Shown piece by piece: positions 19,934-29,545 of a stretch of 64,000 nucleotides of DNA. The notes under the pieces are model-generated. The model worked only from the letters and a program-made list of their open reading frames with translations. It was not told the origin of the DNA and ran no database searches. The DNA comes from Bacteriovoracaceae bacterium (GTDB lineage Bacteria > Bdellovibrionota > Bacteriovoracia > Bacteriovoracales > Bacteriovoracaceae): positions 620,001 to 684,000 of the forward strand of contig OZ244226.1 of assembly GCA_965217035.1 (NCBI GenBank). The letters run 5' to 3'. Both the position numbers and the translations under genes were made by a program. The number at the start of each line of letters is the position of its first letter. Positions within the stretch are counted from its first letter, which is position 1.

Positions 19934-20004
19934 TAACTATCATACCAATGACATTCAAAGTTGGAATCTAACAGTACTAAGAAAACTCTGACAGCGTCTT
20001 ACGT

Positions 20005-20781
20005 CTACTGACTCTTTTGAAAGAAGTGATTTACTAGGTCTTCGTGTTCTTGGCTTCTTTGAAGTTTCGCTTGAAGCGCGGCCACATAATTCAAATGTTC
20101 TGGTAAGCCTTGCTGTAAGGACTTTTGAAGTGCTTGTTTATTTAATTGCCTGGCCTCAGATGGAAATTCACAAAGTTTTAAAGCGAATTCTTTTGTCTTT
20201 GCTACGAGAGTTGAGCTGTCAGAAACATAGTTGACCATACCGATCTGTTTTGCTTCTTCTGCTTTTACTTTTCTTCCGGTGAGTAAAAGATCCATTGCCC
20301 GGCCATAACCAATAAGTCTTTGAAGAAAATAAGAACCACCGTCTCCACTTAAAATTCCAAGATTAATGAAGCTTTCTTTAAAGAAGGCATTATCAGAAAT
20401 AAAACGAAGATCGCACATACAAGCAAGATCACAACCTGCTCCAACAGCCGGTCCGTTGATCATTGCGATCGTAATTTTTTTCATGTTCTCAAGAATTAAG
20501 GGTATCTGCTGGATCCCTTCTGTATAAAGCTTTTCGAGCTCTTCCACATTTCCTTCGAACATATCTGTTTTGTCATGCATGGCTTTGAGATCGCCACCAG
20601 CAGAAAATGCTTTGCCTTCTCCTGTAATAATAATGACCTCAACTTCGGAATCAGCTTCAGCCTTCTTAAGCTCATTGACTAAATTTCTAATAAGGTCCAA
20701 ATTAAAAGCATTCAAAACTTCAGGACGGTTCAGAGTAAGGATTCTGATTGGTCCATCATGACTTACCAAAACAGAGCTCAT
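20005..20781 (-). CDS. Enoyl-CoA hydratase/isomerase family protein
   Basis: LNRPEVLNA, AFSAGGDL and GPAVGAG..CDLR motifs. Confidence 0.93.
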   Translation of the reverse strand: MSSVLVSHDGPIRILTLNRPEVLNAFNLDLIRNLVNELKKAEADSEVEVIIITGEGKAFSAGGDLKAMHDKTDMFEGNVEELEKLYTEGIQQIPLILENMKKITIAMINGPAVGAGCDLACMCDLRFISDNAFFKESFINLGILSGDGGSYFLQRLIGYGRAMDLLLTGRKVKAEEAKQIGMVNYVSDSSTLVAKTKEFALKLCEFPSEARQLNKQALQKSLQQGLPEHLNYVAALQAKLQRSQEHEDLVNHFFQKSQ

Positions 20782-21692
20782 AATGATTTCCTGTTCTTCA
20801 TAACAACATTATGAAAACGTGATTCAGAATGTTTTTTGAGATGCTTAAAAATAAGCTCAGACGCATCAACAAATTTGTCTATATCGAGGTTGACATCTAT
20901 CCCTAATGACTGAAAGAGATACCAAACATCTTCAGTTGCAACATTGCCTGTTGCTCCTTTGGCATAAGGACAGCCTCCCAAGCCCCCAGCAGAACTGTCA
21001 AAAACTCGTATTCCCTGTAGGTATGATTCATAAATATTTGTTAAGGCCATTCCACGAGTATCATGAAAATGCATTGCTATTTTTGAGAGATCAAAATTTT
21101 CCTTCAGACTCTCCGTCAACGCAACAACATGAAGCGGAGTTGCAACTCCAATGGTGTCTCCGATAGAAATCTCATAACATCCAAGCTTAAAAAGACGATC
21201 AACAATAGGGATCACCTTCTCCCTTTTGACTTCTCCTTCATAAGGGCATCCAAAAGCAGTCGAGACATAACCTCTTACTTTCATCCCTTTTTCAAGCGCT
21301 TGTTTTGCAACTGGTTCCATTTTCTCAAAGGACTCATCAATCGTAGAATTTATATTCTTTTTCGTAAAAGCATTTGAAGTTGCCGTAAATAAAGCAATTT
21401 CTTTCACATCAAGATCTAATGCAGTATCAAACCCTTTTTGATTTGGGACGAGACAAGAGAAACGTGCTCTTTTATCAAGTCCTTTATTTTTTAACTCCTG
21501 ATAAAGCTCTTTAGCATCGGCCATTTGGGGAATAGCTTTAGGGCTGACAAAGCTTGTCGCTTCAAGGTCAGTCACTCCTGCATCGATTAAGGCTTCAATA
21601 AATTGGACTTTCAATTCGAGAGGGATTGTTTCCTTCTCATTCTGCAACCCATCTCTGGGTCCTACTTCAACCAGTCGAACGGTATCTGTCAT
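20778..21692 (-). CDS. liuE: Hydroxymethylglutaryl-CoA lyase
   Basis: EVGPRDGLQNE, HFHDTRG, GLGGCPYA.GATGNVATED. Confidence 0.96.
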   Translation of the reverse strand: MTDTVRLVEVGPRDGLQNEKETIPLELKVQFIEALIDAGVTDLEATSFVSPKAIPQMADAKELYQELKNKGLDKRARFSCLVPNQKGFDTALDLDVKEIALFTATSNAFTKKNINSTIDESFEKMEPVAKQALEKGMKVRGYVSTAFGCPYEGEVKREKVIPIVDRLFKLGCYEISIGDTIGVATPLHVVALTESLKENFDLSKIAMHFHDTRGMALTNIYESYLQGIRVFDSSAGGLGGCPYAKGATGNVATEDVWYLFQSLGIDVNLDIDKFVDASELIFKHLKKHSESRFHNVVMKNRKSL

Positions 21693-22144
21693 TCTTGGAT
21701 CTCCAAATTCACAAGCTCTGATCCACTTGTCACTTGATCCCCCTCTGAGAAATGAATTTTCTTAATTATAGAGTCTTTTAACGCCTTTATGGTGTGCTCC
21801 ATTTTCATCGCCTCAAGAACGATAACAGCATCTCCCGCCTTAACTGACTCTCCCTCTGTTTTTAAAACTTTAAAGACTTTCCCTGGCATAGGAGCGACCA
21901 ATAATGTCGGATCTCCCGCCGCCGCTGAAGTTTTCTTTCTTCTATTTCCAGTGCTTACTTCAAAAGTCATTCCTTCGAGATCGATGAAAAGACTTTTACC
22001 ATGACGGGCATAAGTTCCCTGAATAACTTTACTACCTTTCGAGAAACTAATTGTATTCTCAGTAATCTTGATTAACTTATAATCAGAAACAATCTTATTC
22101 TGATCAAACTCGAAAACTTCTTCACCTATATTTATCTTTTTCAT
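21689..22144 (-). CDS. Biotin carboxyl carrier protein of methylcrotonyl-CoA carboxylase
   Basis: APMPG..EAMKME biotinylation motif. Confidence 0.92.
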   Translation of the reverse strand: MKKINIGEEVFEFDQNKIVSDYKLIKITENTISFSKGSKVIQGTYARHGKSLFIDLEGMTFEVSTGNRRKKTSAAAGDPTLLVAPMPGKVFKVLKTEGESVKAGDAVIVLEAMKMEHTIKALKDSIIKKIHFSEGDQVTSGSELVNLEIQE

Positions 22145-23625
22145 TATGAATAAAACCCACTAATAAGATCCCAAGGAGAAGTCTTCGCTCCGCCCATAGA
22201 ATTTGTTTGAGATTGAGTCACGCTATTTTTTTGAATTAATTCAAAAGCTGCTGCAAAATCCTCAAAAGAAATCTCACGTTCTGTTAACTTTTCAATATTT
22301 TGTTCTATATAATTTGTATGATAATCGCCTGTTTCGAACTCTGGACTCTCAAGAGCTTTAATTAAAAATTCACGATTCGTCGTGACACCCAAGAAAGACA
22401 TTTCTTTTAATGTTTTAATCATCTTTAATGTTGCAAACTTTCTATCCTCCCCATGGGTAATCAACTTAGCGATCATCGGATCATAATTAATTCCAACTTC
22501 ATTCCCTGGTCTGTAACCAGTATCAACTCTTTGATCTGACTCTCCCAGATAATGAAGTTTTCCAGAGGATGGAAGAAAATTATTAAAAGGATCTTCCGCA
22601 TAAATCCGACATTCAATAGAGAATCCTGTTTGAGTTATATCTTTTTGTTCCAATGGCAATTTCTCAGATTGAGCAATATCAATCTGCCACTTCACGAGAT
22701 CAAGTCCTGTCACCATTTCAGTGACTGGATGCTCTACTTGAAGCCTTGTATTCATTTCTAAAAAGTAGAAATCACCGTTGGGAGCATAAATGAACTCAAC
22801 TGTTCCCGCTCCTCTATAATTTAACCCCGCAGCCAACTTCGCAGCCGTTTCACAAATCTCCAATCTTTTCTCTTGATTAAAAGCAATCGATGGTGATTCT
22901 TCGATGACTTTTTGATAACGTCTTTGCCAAGAGCATTCTCTCTCAAACAGATGGACAGCATTCCCGTGTCCATCTCCAAAAACTTGAACTTCTATATGGC
23001 GAGGTTTTTCTAGAAACTTTTCAATTAAGACAGCATCATTGCTAAAAGACTTCATTGCCTCACTTCGGCAACCTCTCAAACTTTCTGCGAAGTCTTTTTC
23101 ATTATGAACAATTCTCATTCCTTTTCCACCACCACCGGCAGAAGCCTTAATGAGAACGGGATAACCAATTTTTTTTGCTTCCGCTTCTAAAATTTTATCG
23201 TCTTGGTCTTCTCCATGATAGCCAGGAATAAGAGGGACTCCTAATTTGCCTGCTTTGATCTTTGACTGAATCTTGTCTCCCATCACGATGATGCTGTCTG
23301 ACCGAGGTCCTATAAAGGTAATTCCCGCTTTCTCTACTGCTTGAGCAAAGACAGAGTTTTCAGATAAAAAACCATAACCAGGGTGAATTGCATCGATTCC
23401 ATTTTCTTTTGCAATTTTGATGATCTTATCTTGATTAAGATAAGTATCCGTCGGAGTTCCATTCCCAAGATCATGTGAAAAATCAGCCAGCTCCACATGA
23501 ACAAGATCTTTGTCATCTGCTGCATAAAGGGAATGAGATTCAATTGCTAGAAGTTTGCAACTTTTAATCACTCGACAAGCAATTTCTCCTCGATTCGCAA
23601 TTAAGATTTTTTTTATTTCTTTCAA
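22144..23625 (-). CDS. liuD: Methylcrotonyl-CoA carboxylase, biotin carboxylase subunit
   Basis: ANRGEIA, HPGYGFLSEN, GGGGKGMR, EMNTRLQVEHPVTE; liu context. Confidence 0.9.
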   Translation of the reverse strand: MKEIKKILIANRGEIACRVIKSCKLLAIESHSLYAADDKDLVHVELADFSHDLGNGTPTDTYLNQDKIIKIAKENGIDAIHPGYGFLSENSVFAQAVEKAGITFIGPRSDSIIVMGDKIQSKIKAGKLGVPLIPGYHGEDQDDKILEAEAKKIGYPVLIKASAGGGGKGMRIVHNEKDFAESLRGCRSEAMKSFSNDAVLIEKFLEKPRHIEVQVFGDGHGNAVHLFERECSWQRRYQKVIEESPSIAFNQEKRLEICETAAKLAAGLNYRGAGTVEFIYAPNGDFYFLEMNTRLQVEHPVTEMVTGLDLVKWQIDIAQSEKLPLEQKDITQTGFSIECRIYAEDPFNNFLPSSGKLHYLGESDQRVDTGYRPGNEVGINYDPMIAKLITHGEDRKFATLKMIKTLKEMSFLGVTTNREFLIKALESPEFETGDYHTNYIEQNIEKLTEREISFEDFAAAFELIQKNSVTQSQTNSMGGAKTSPWDLISGFYS

Positions 23626-24395
23626 GATTCACTCCAAGTGGGTTTTCTCTTTTCCAATAAAGCCTTCATTCCTTCTTGAGCTTCGGCAGAAACCCTGAAG
23701 TCGGCTATAGACTGAGCCGTAAATTGCTTTTGCTTCGCTGGTTCGGTCATAAGTAACTTTTTAAAAAACATTTTTCCCTTAACTCCAGCTTTTGGTCCTG
23801 CTTTCATGAAACTTTGAACAACTTGTTTCGCTCTCAATTCAAAGTTTTCAGCAGAAATGACTTCATGAACGAGTTTCATTTCATAAGCCCTTTGGGCATC
23901 AAATCGCTCTCCTGAGTAAAACCAAGCTCTGGCTTCAGACTCTCCAATTTTCTTTAGAACATAAGGTGAAATCACACAAGGAGCGAGTCCAAGCCGTGCT
24001 TCTGTGAAACCAAACTTAGCTCCTTCACTCGCAAGGGCATAATCACAAATACTGACGAGTCCAACTCCACCTCCCATCGCACTTCCATGGATGAGGCCGA
24101 TAATGGGAGAATCGAGATTTTCAAATCCTTCAAAAAGAGCTGCCAACTTAAGACTATCCTGAACATTCTCTTCAATCGAATAGTCCACCATTTTTTTCAT
24201 CCAGTTTAGATCAGCCCCTGCACAAAAGCTTTTACCTTCTGCTTTAAGAATGACTAAACGAACAGCGATATTATTTCGAATTTCTTTTTGAGCTTCTAGA
24301 AACAGATCAATCATTTCATCATTGAAAGCATTATGAACCTCTGGTCGATTCATCGTAATTGTTGCAATGTCTTTTTCAATCTTAAGATCAAGCAT
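23622..24395 (-). CDS. liuC: Methylglutaconyl-CoA hydratase (start likely ATG 24395)
   Basis: NRPEVHNAF, SFCAGADLNWMK, GGGVGLV and ISPYV motifs. Confidence 0.88.
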   Translation of the reverse strand: MLDLKIEKDIATITMNRPEVHNAFNDEMIDLFLEAQKEIRNNIAVRLVILKAEGKSFCAGADLNWMKKMVDYSIEENVQDSLKLAALFEGFENLDSPIIGLIHGSAMGGGVGLVSICDYALASEGAKFGFTEARLGLAPCVISPYVLKKIGESEARAWFYSGERFDAQRAYEMKLVHEVISAENFELRAKQVVQSFMKAGPKAGVKGKMFFKKLLMTEPAKQKQFTAQSIADFRVSAEAQEGMKALLEKRKPTWSES

Positions 24396-24396
24396 A

Positions 24397-26019
24397 TTAC
24401 ATCCTAAAAATTCCAAACTTGGTGCTTGGAATATGAGCATTCAAGGTTGCACTTAAAGCAAGTGCCAAAACTTTTCTTGTATCTTTAGGTTCTATAATTC
24501 CATCATCCCAAAGTCTGGCAGATGAATAATAAGCACTTCCCTCTTCTTCAAACTTTTCAATGATAGGCCGCTTAAATTCTTGAAGTTCTTTATCATCCAT
24601 CAACTTCTTGCCTTTTGATTGAAGTCCAGCTTGTTTTACAGTTCCAAGTACTCCAGCTGCTTGCTCACCGCCCATGACTGAAATCTTAGCATTAGGCCAC
24701 ATCCATAAAAACCTTGGATTATAAGCACGCCCACACATTCCGTAATTTCCAGCTCCAAAGGAACCACCAATAATCAAAGTTAATTTCGGAACCTGAGCAC
24801 AGGAAACGGCCGTCACGAGTTTAGCTCCGTGTTTCGCAATTCCCTCTGATTCATATTTTTTTCCGACCATAAAACCGGTAATGTTTTGAAGAAAGAGCAG
24901 AGGAACTTTTCTTTGGCAGCAAAGCTCAACAAAGTGAGCACCTTTCACTGCACTCTCGCTAAAGAGAATCCCATTATTAGCAACGATACCAACAGGCATT
25001 CCATAAAGTTTTGCAAAACCACAAACAAGAGTTTCTCCGTAGTTCTTTTTAAACTCTTGAAACTCAGAGCCATCTACCAGTCGAGCAATTATTTCACGAA
25101 CATCAAAAGGTTTTCTCGTATCAGCTGAAATAATCCCTTCTATTTCTTCTATCGAATAAAGTGGTTCTTTAATTTCTCCTCTGGTCCCTTTTAGATTTTC
25201 TTCTCGATAAGACTTATAATTAAGCGTTTCAATAATATCTCTCGCAATTGAAAGAGCTTCTTCTTCATCTTCTGCATAGTGATCAGTCACTCCAGAAACT
25301 CGGGAATGAACATCAGCTCCCCCAAGGTCTTCTGCTGAAACATCTTCACCGGTAGCAGCCTTAACAAGAGGAGGCCCCCCAAGAAAGATTGTTCCGTTAC
25401 CTTTAACAATAACTGATTCATCACACATAGCAGGAACATAAGCTCCCCCAGCAGTACAAGAACCACAAACAATTGCAATTTGTGGGATTCCTTTTGCCGA
25501 CATCTGAGCCTGATTATAAAAAATTCTTCCAAAATGCTCTTTATCTGGAAAAACTTCGTCTTGCATTGGAAGAAAAGCTCCACCTGAATCCACAAGATAG
25601 ATACACGGCAATCGATTTTGAAGAGCAATCTCTTGCGCTCGCAAATGTTTTTTAACCGTCATCGGAAAATAGGTTCCGCCCTTAACTGTGGCATCGTTAG
25701 CAACGAAAAGACATTCGACGCCATGAACTTTCCCTATTCCCGTAACCACTCCGGCACTTGGAACATCGACTTCATACATTTCCCAAGCCGCAAGTGAACT
25801 CAGTTCAAGAAAAGGAGAGCCCGGATCTAAAATTCTTTCGATTCGCTCTCGAGGAAGCAATTTTCCTCTTTTCAAATGTTTTTCAATGGCCGTTCCTCTG
25901 AAATCAGTTTGAACTTTTTCTTTTCGATCACGAAGGGTGACCAATAAGTTTTGATAAACATCAGAGTTGGTTTTGAAATCGGACGAACCCGATTGAATAT
26001 TCGTGTTGAGTGATTCCAT
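24397..26019 (-). CDS. liuB: Methylcrotonyl-CoA carboxylase beta (carboxyltransferase) subunit
   Basis: [31 protein letters not shown]-terminal FGIFRM; GGAG SD before ATG 26019. Confidence 0.95.
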   Translation of the reverse strand: MESLNTNIQSGSSDFKTNSDVYQNLLVTLRDRKEKVQTDFRGTAIEKHLKRGKLLPRERIERILDPGSPFLELSSLAAWEMYEVDVPSAGVVTGIGKVHGVECLFVANDATVKGGTYFPMTVKKHLRAQEIALQNRLPCIYLVDSGGAFLPMQDEVFPDKEHFGRIFYNQAQMSAKGIPQIAIVCGSCTAGGAYVPAMCDESVIVKGNGTIFLGGPPLVKAATGEDVSAEDLGGADVHSRVSGVTDHYAEDEEEALSIARDIIETLNYKSYREENLKGTRGEIKEPLYSIEEIEGIISADTRKPFDVREIIARLVDGSEFQEFKKNYGETLVCGFAKLYGMPVGIVANNGILFSESAVKGAHFVELCCQRKVPLLFLQNITGFMVGKKYESEGIAKHGAKLVTAVSCAQVPKLTLIIGGSFGAGNYGMCGRAYNPRFLWMWPNAKISVMGGEQAAGVLGTVKQAGLQSKGKKLMDDKELQEFKRPIIEKFEEEGSAYYSSARLWDDGIIEPKDTRKVLALALSATLNAHIPSTKFGIFRM

Positions 26020-26207
26020 GTTGCTCCGCAACTTAAAGTTAATAGACCTTACAATATTAATCAAGAAATCGAGAAAATGGAATTTTCCAGTACTTAGATA
26101 ACTTCAATGAAGATTATCAATAACTAATAGCTATCGAATAATAATACCTATATATTTTTTCTAAAAATTAACTTGTGTTAAAAGTGAGATATCCAAAGGA
26201 GGAAAAC

Positions 26208-26591
26208 ATGATTCAACTTAATCAAATTGACCATATCAACATGAAAGTAAAAGACTTTGAAGAGACAATTAACTTCTACCAAGAACATTTCGGATTTGAA
26301 TTAAAGGAAGAAGGAAAAAGCATGTCCGGAACGCCCTACAAAATTATTGGAAGCCCTGGAAAGCTTTATCTCTGCTTATATAATACAAACTATTCACTTG
26401 ATGAAGCTCCCATCAACCATATTGGATTTCACGTAAAAAACTTTGATGAGACTCTAGCCTACATTAAAAAAAATAAAATCAGAGTAACAATGGATACTTA
26501 TCAATATGAAAAATCTCGATCAATTTATATCGAAGATCCAAATGGGCACGAAATTGAGATCTCCGAAAAATTCGGAGGAGGGCTTGATTAA
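26208..26591 (+). CDS. VOC/glyoxalase family protein
   Basis: IDHINMKV, NHIGFHV, YIEDPNGHEIE; AGGAGG SD before ATG 26208. Confidence 0.9.
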   Translation: MIQLNQIDHINMKVKDFEETINFYQEHFGFELKEEGKSMSGTPYKIIGSPGKLYLCLYNTNYSLDEAPINHIGFHVKNFDETLAYIKKNKIRVTMDTYQYEKSRSIYIEDPNGHEIEISEKFGGGLD

Positions 26592-26680
26592 CGACCTGAA
26601 ATCACAAAGAAAGAAGTCATAATACAGAGAAAGTAATATCTTTCTTGAAAAACATAAGAGAAGTTAAGAATATTTTTTAA

Positions 26681-27400
26681 TTAATCTTGTAAGGCCTTAT
26701 TAAGCTTCACAAAAGAACCAACCGCAAATGCTGCCAGGACATGCTTAATCGTATGTCCTGAAAGTGGTAAAAAGCTATAAAACTGATCATCGAAAGTTTC
26801 AGTAATCTTTGCTGTTAAATAAAAAAGAAAAGCTCCCATCAGGTACTTCACTTTAATCTTCGGATTTTTGTAAAGAATCACTAGGAGAGGAATAATTATG
26901 ATAGCAGTTGTTTGTACATAATAATAAACCCTTAAATCTTTAAAGACGACCCAATAGTAAATACTTCCAAAACCTAAGAGAACCGCAATAGGAAGAAACA
27001 CTTTTTCATACTTATTGGGAAAATAAAGACAAAATACACCAACAAGAAGGGCCATAAAACCTATTGTCATGGGAAGACGATCCCATATAAGGGTAGAGTC
27101 ATTAGGATTTAGATGATAGTGAATAGAACCAGGTGCCACTAAAAGAACACCTATAAAAAGAATCATCCAAGAAAGTGCATAAGGTATTTTCGAATAGTTC
27201 TTATAAACTTCATAAATTCCCCAGAGTCCGAAAAAGATAAAAGGAATATTTGAAATAACATCAAAGAAATTATTAATTCCTAAGAAAGTTCGCGTATCAG
27301 CAAAGTTATGATACTCCTGACTTTGAGCAATGGGTCCCATACTCCATATGATAATAAATTCACCAATCAAAATTGATATCAAAATTAGATGTTTTTTCAT
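26681..27400 (-). CDS. Ceramidase-like (CREST family) membrane protein
   Basis: YHNFADTR, SNIPF, GSIHYH, WDRLPM and SGHTIKH motifs; ATG at 27400 overlaps the upstream stop. Confidence 0.85.
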   Translation of the reverse strand: MKKHLILISILIGEFIIIWSMGPIAQSQEYHNFADTRTFLGINNFFDVISNIPFIFFGLWGIYEVYKNYSKIPYALSWMILFIGVLLVAPGSIHYHLNPNDSTLIWDRLPMTIGFMALLVGVFCLYFPNKYEKVFLPIAVLLGFGSIYYWVVFKDLRVYYYVQTTAIIIIPLLVILYKNPKIKVKYLMGAFLFYLTAKITETFDDQFYSFLPLSGHTIKHVLAAFAVGSFVKLNKALQD

Positions 27401-28044
27401 ATTTTTACTCTCTTTTTGAAATGGTATCCCCAAAGAATCACACGAGGAACAAAAGCATAAAAAAAATAACTTGCAACAAAGAAAGCCCGCCAATCACCGA
27501 TATCTTCCATACTTCTCGAAGATTGAATTTGATCAAGATAAAAGTCGAGGTTCATATCAGTGAATTGAGTTTGACTAATGAGCTCAACACTTGGCTGAGC
27601 TCCACTCCAAATCCAAGACCAAGGAATAGAGAAAGTATCAGTAAAAAAAACGATAAATTCTGGAGATAAGTTAAATAAAAAGTTCCAACCAAAGTAAATA
27701 TCGGTAAGTAAGGTTTTCAATAATAAAGAAGCCAACCCTCCTAGAGAAAAACAAAGTCCATTAAGATGGAATTCACTTTTTAATAAGGAAGTATCAACAT
27801 TATTAGAAACCTTTTCGATAAACTGACGGTAAAGGCTGAATATCTCAGTTTTTTTTCTAAAGCGTGCGACAAAACCAAGAATAAAAAACATCAAAGGTAA
27901 TAAAATTAAAAAGAAATAAGCTGAGAGAATATTAACAGGATAACGGTCACCTGCATGAAAAAAGAGATTCGCATAAAGAAACCCCGAAAAGAGGGAACAC
28001 AGATTAAGAAACCGGTAGAAAACCTGCGATTTAGTTAGTGACAT
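27397..28044 (-). CDS. Membrane protein, DUF2868-like
   Basis: TM helices; PWSW..P..ELI..T and W..F..Y..VPR pattern. Confidence 0.6.
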   Translation of the reverse strand: MSLTKSQVFYRFLNLCSLFSGFLYANLFFHAGDRYPVNILSAYFFLILLPLMFFILGFVARFRKKTEIFSLYRQFIEKVSNNVDTSLLKSEFHLNGLCFSLGGLASLLLKTLLTDIYFGWNFLFNLSPEFIVFFTDTFSIPWSWIWSGAQPSVELISQTQFTDMNLDFYLDQIQSSRSMEDIGDWRAFFVASYFFYAFVPRVILWGYHFKKRVKI

Positions 28045-28092
28045 TCTTAAATACTATCAACTAAATCCTTTATTTCTAGAAGGTTACAGACC

Positions 28093-28121
28093 TTACCAAA
28101 TACGAACGATCGTGCTATAGT
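28093..28121 (+). promoter_or_regulatory. Promoter with overlapping palindromic operator for the TetR gene; probably leaderless
   Basis: TTACCA-N17-TATAGT with the ACGATCGT palindrome in the spacer; ATG 6 nt after the -10; no SD. Confidence 0.5.
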
Positions 28122-28127
28122 ATCTTC

Positions 28128-28712
28128 ATGAGTAGAAAGAATCACATTCTGACTTCGGCCCTAGAACTCTCTCGGACTATTGGCTTAGAGGCCCTTACGA
28201 TTGGAGCACTCGCAAAAACAGTTGGCATGAGTAAGAGTGGTCTTTTTGGTCATTTCAACTCAAAAGAAAAACTTCAAAAAATGGTTCTCGATTTTGCCGC
28301 TGACCAGTTTACTCAGGAAGTGATCCGACCGGCATTAAAAACTCAAAGGGGTTTAAAAAGACTCGATAAAATGATTTCGAATTGGCTGAGCTGGAGCACA
28401 ACAAAGAAAAATGGTGGTTGCCCTTTCATCTCTGCCATTATTGAATTTGATGATAGACCAGGCGAAATTAGAGAACATGTAAAACATTACCAAAGTATGA
28501 TGTTAGATTCTTTTGCAAAAGCCGTTAATATTGCAATTGAAGAAAAAGAACTCGCGAGTGATTGTAATCCAGAACAGTTTGCTTTCCAACTCTATGGTTA
28601 CGTTATCTCTTATCATGTTTATCATCGTCTTTTAAGTGATGATAAAGCGCAAGAAAAATTTCTCGATGCTTATCTCAATTTAAAATTCAGTTACTCAAGG
28701 GAGGAAGCATGA
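28128..28712 (+). CDS. TetR family transcriptional regulator
   Basis: GLEALTIGALAKTVGMSKSGLFGHFNSKE HTH; GGCPF..EFDDRPG. Confidence 0.95.
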   Translation: MSRKNHILTSALELSRTIGLEALTIGALAKTVGMSKSGLFGHFNSKEKLQKMVLDFAADQFTQEVIRPALKTQRGLKRLDKMISNWLSWSTTKKNGGCPFISAIIEFDDRPGEIREHVKHYQSMMLDSFAKAVNIAIEEKELASDCNPEQFAFQLYGYVISYHVYHRLLSDDKAQEKFLDAYLNLKFSYSREEA

Positions 28713-29545
28713 GTCTATCCTTTAATCAAAAATTGACCAATCACTTTTTAAAAATGGGGCACCTGATCGCTCCTGAATTTGTTCATAGAAAAATAATAGA
28801 AACAGGCTTTCGAGTAAAAAACTACCGAACAAGTGATGAGGAATTAGCTTTTCTTCTTTCTGCCAAAAAGCGACTTCATCATCTCCCTATTACCGATGAA
28901 GCGATTTACTCTTACCGCTGGGGAGAAGGACCAGAGGTCATCGTTGCTCATGGCTGGGAAGCTCGAGGAGTTCAGTTTTCAAAATTTATAAAACCTTTAG
29001 TCGAAAAAGGGTTCTCCGTAGTCGCTTTCGATGCTCCAGCTCATGGTGATTCAGAAAAGACTTTCTCTCATATTATGGAGTTTATAGAAGCTCTTAGAGT
29101 TGTCAGCGATGATTGCAAAAATCTTAAAGCGATTATGGCCCACTCTATGGGTTGCACCTCTACCATAAAAGTTATTACCGACAGCTTTAATCAAGAAGAT
29201 GTAAAGCTTATTTGGATTGCTGGTCATTTGAATCTTTTTTCTTATCTTGAAAACTGGGCGAAGAGACAAGGTTTTCCTATGTCTATTCTTAATAGTGTTG
29301 TTGAAAGTATAGAGGACCGCTATCAAATGAATTTTTTAAAGGTTCAAACCGATGCTCTCATGGATAAAATAAAAACAGAAACACTTCTCATTCATGATAA
29401 AGAAGATAATAGAACAGACTATAAAAACGCTGTGAAGTTACATGAAATAATCCCAAACTCTCATCTTCATATGACAGAAGGATTAGGACATTTTAAAATT
29501 CTTAAGGCAAAAGAAATCGTCAATATTGTGACCGATTTTCTATGA
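28709..29545 (+). CDS. Alpha/beta hydrolase
   Basis: HGW, FDAPAHG, AHSMG nucleophile, HD..D and GLGH. Confidence 0.92.
   Translation: MSLSFNQKLTNHFLKMGHLIAPEFVHRKIIETGFRVKNYRTSDEELAFLLSAKKRLHHLPITDEAIYSYRWGEGPEVIVAHGWEARGVQFSKFIKPLVEKGFSVVAFDAPAHGDSEKTFSHIMEFIEALRVVSDDCKNLKAIMAHSMGCTSTIKVITDSFNQEDVKLIWIAGHLNLFSYLENWAKRQGFPMSILNSVVESIEDRYQMNFLKVQTDALMDKIKTETLLIHDKEDNRTDYKNAVKLHEIIPNSHLHMTEGLGHFKILKAKEIVNIVTDFL

Noticed and set aside
26094..26150. LysR-type box upstream of the VOC gene
   Set aside because: T-N11-A patterns are expected by chance in AT-rich DNA, and there is no adjacent LysR gene.
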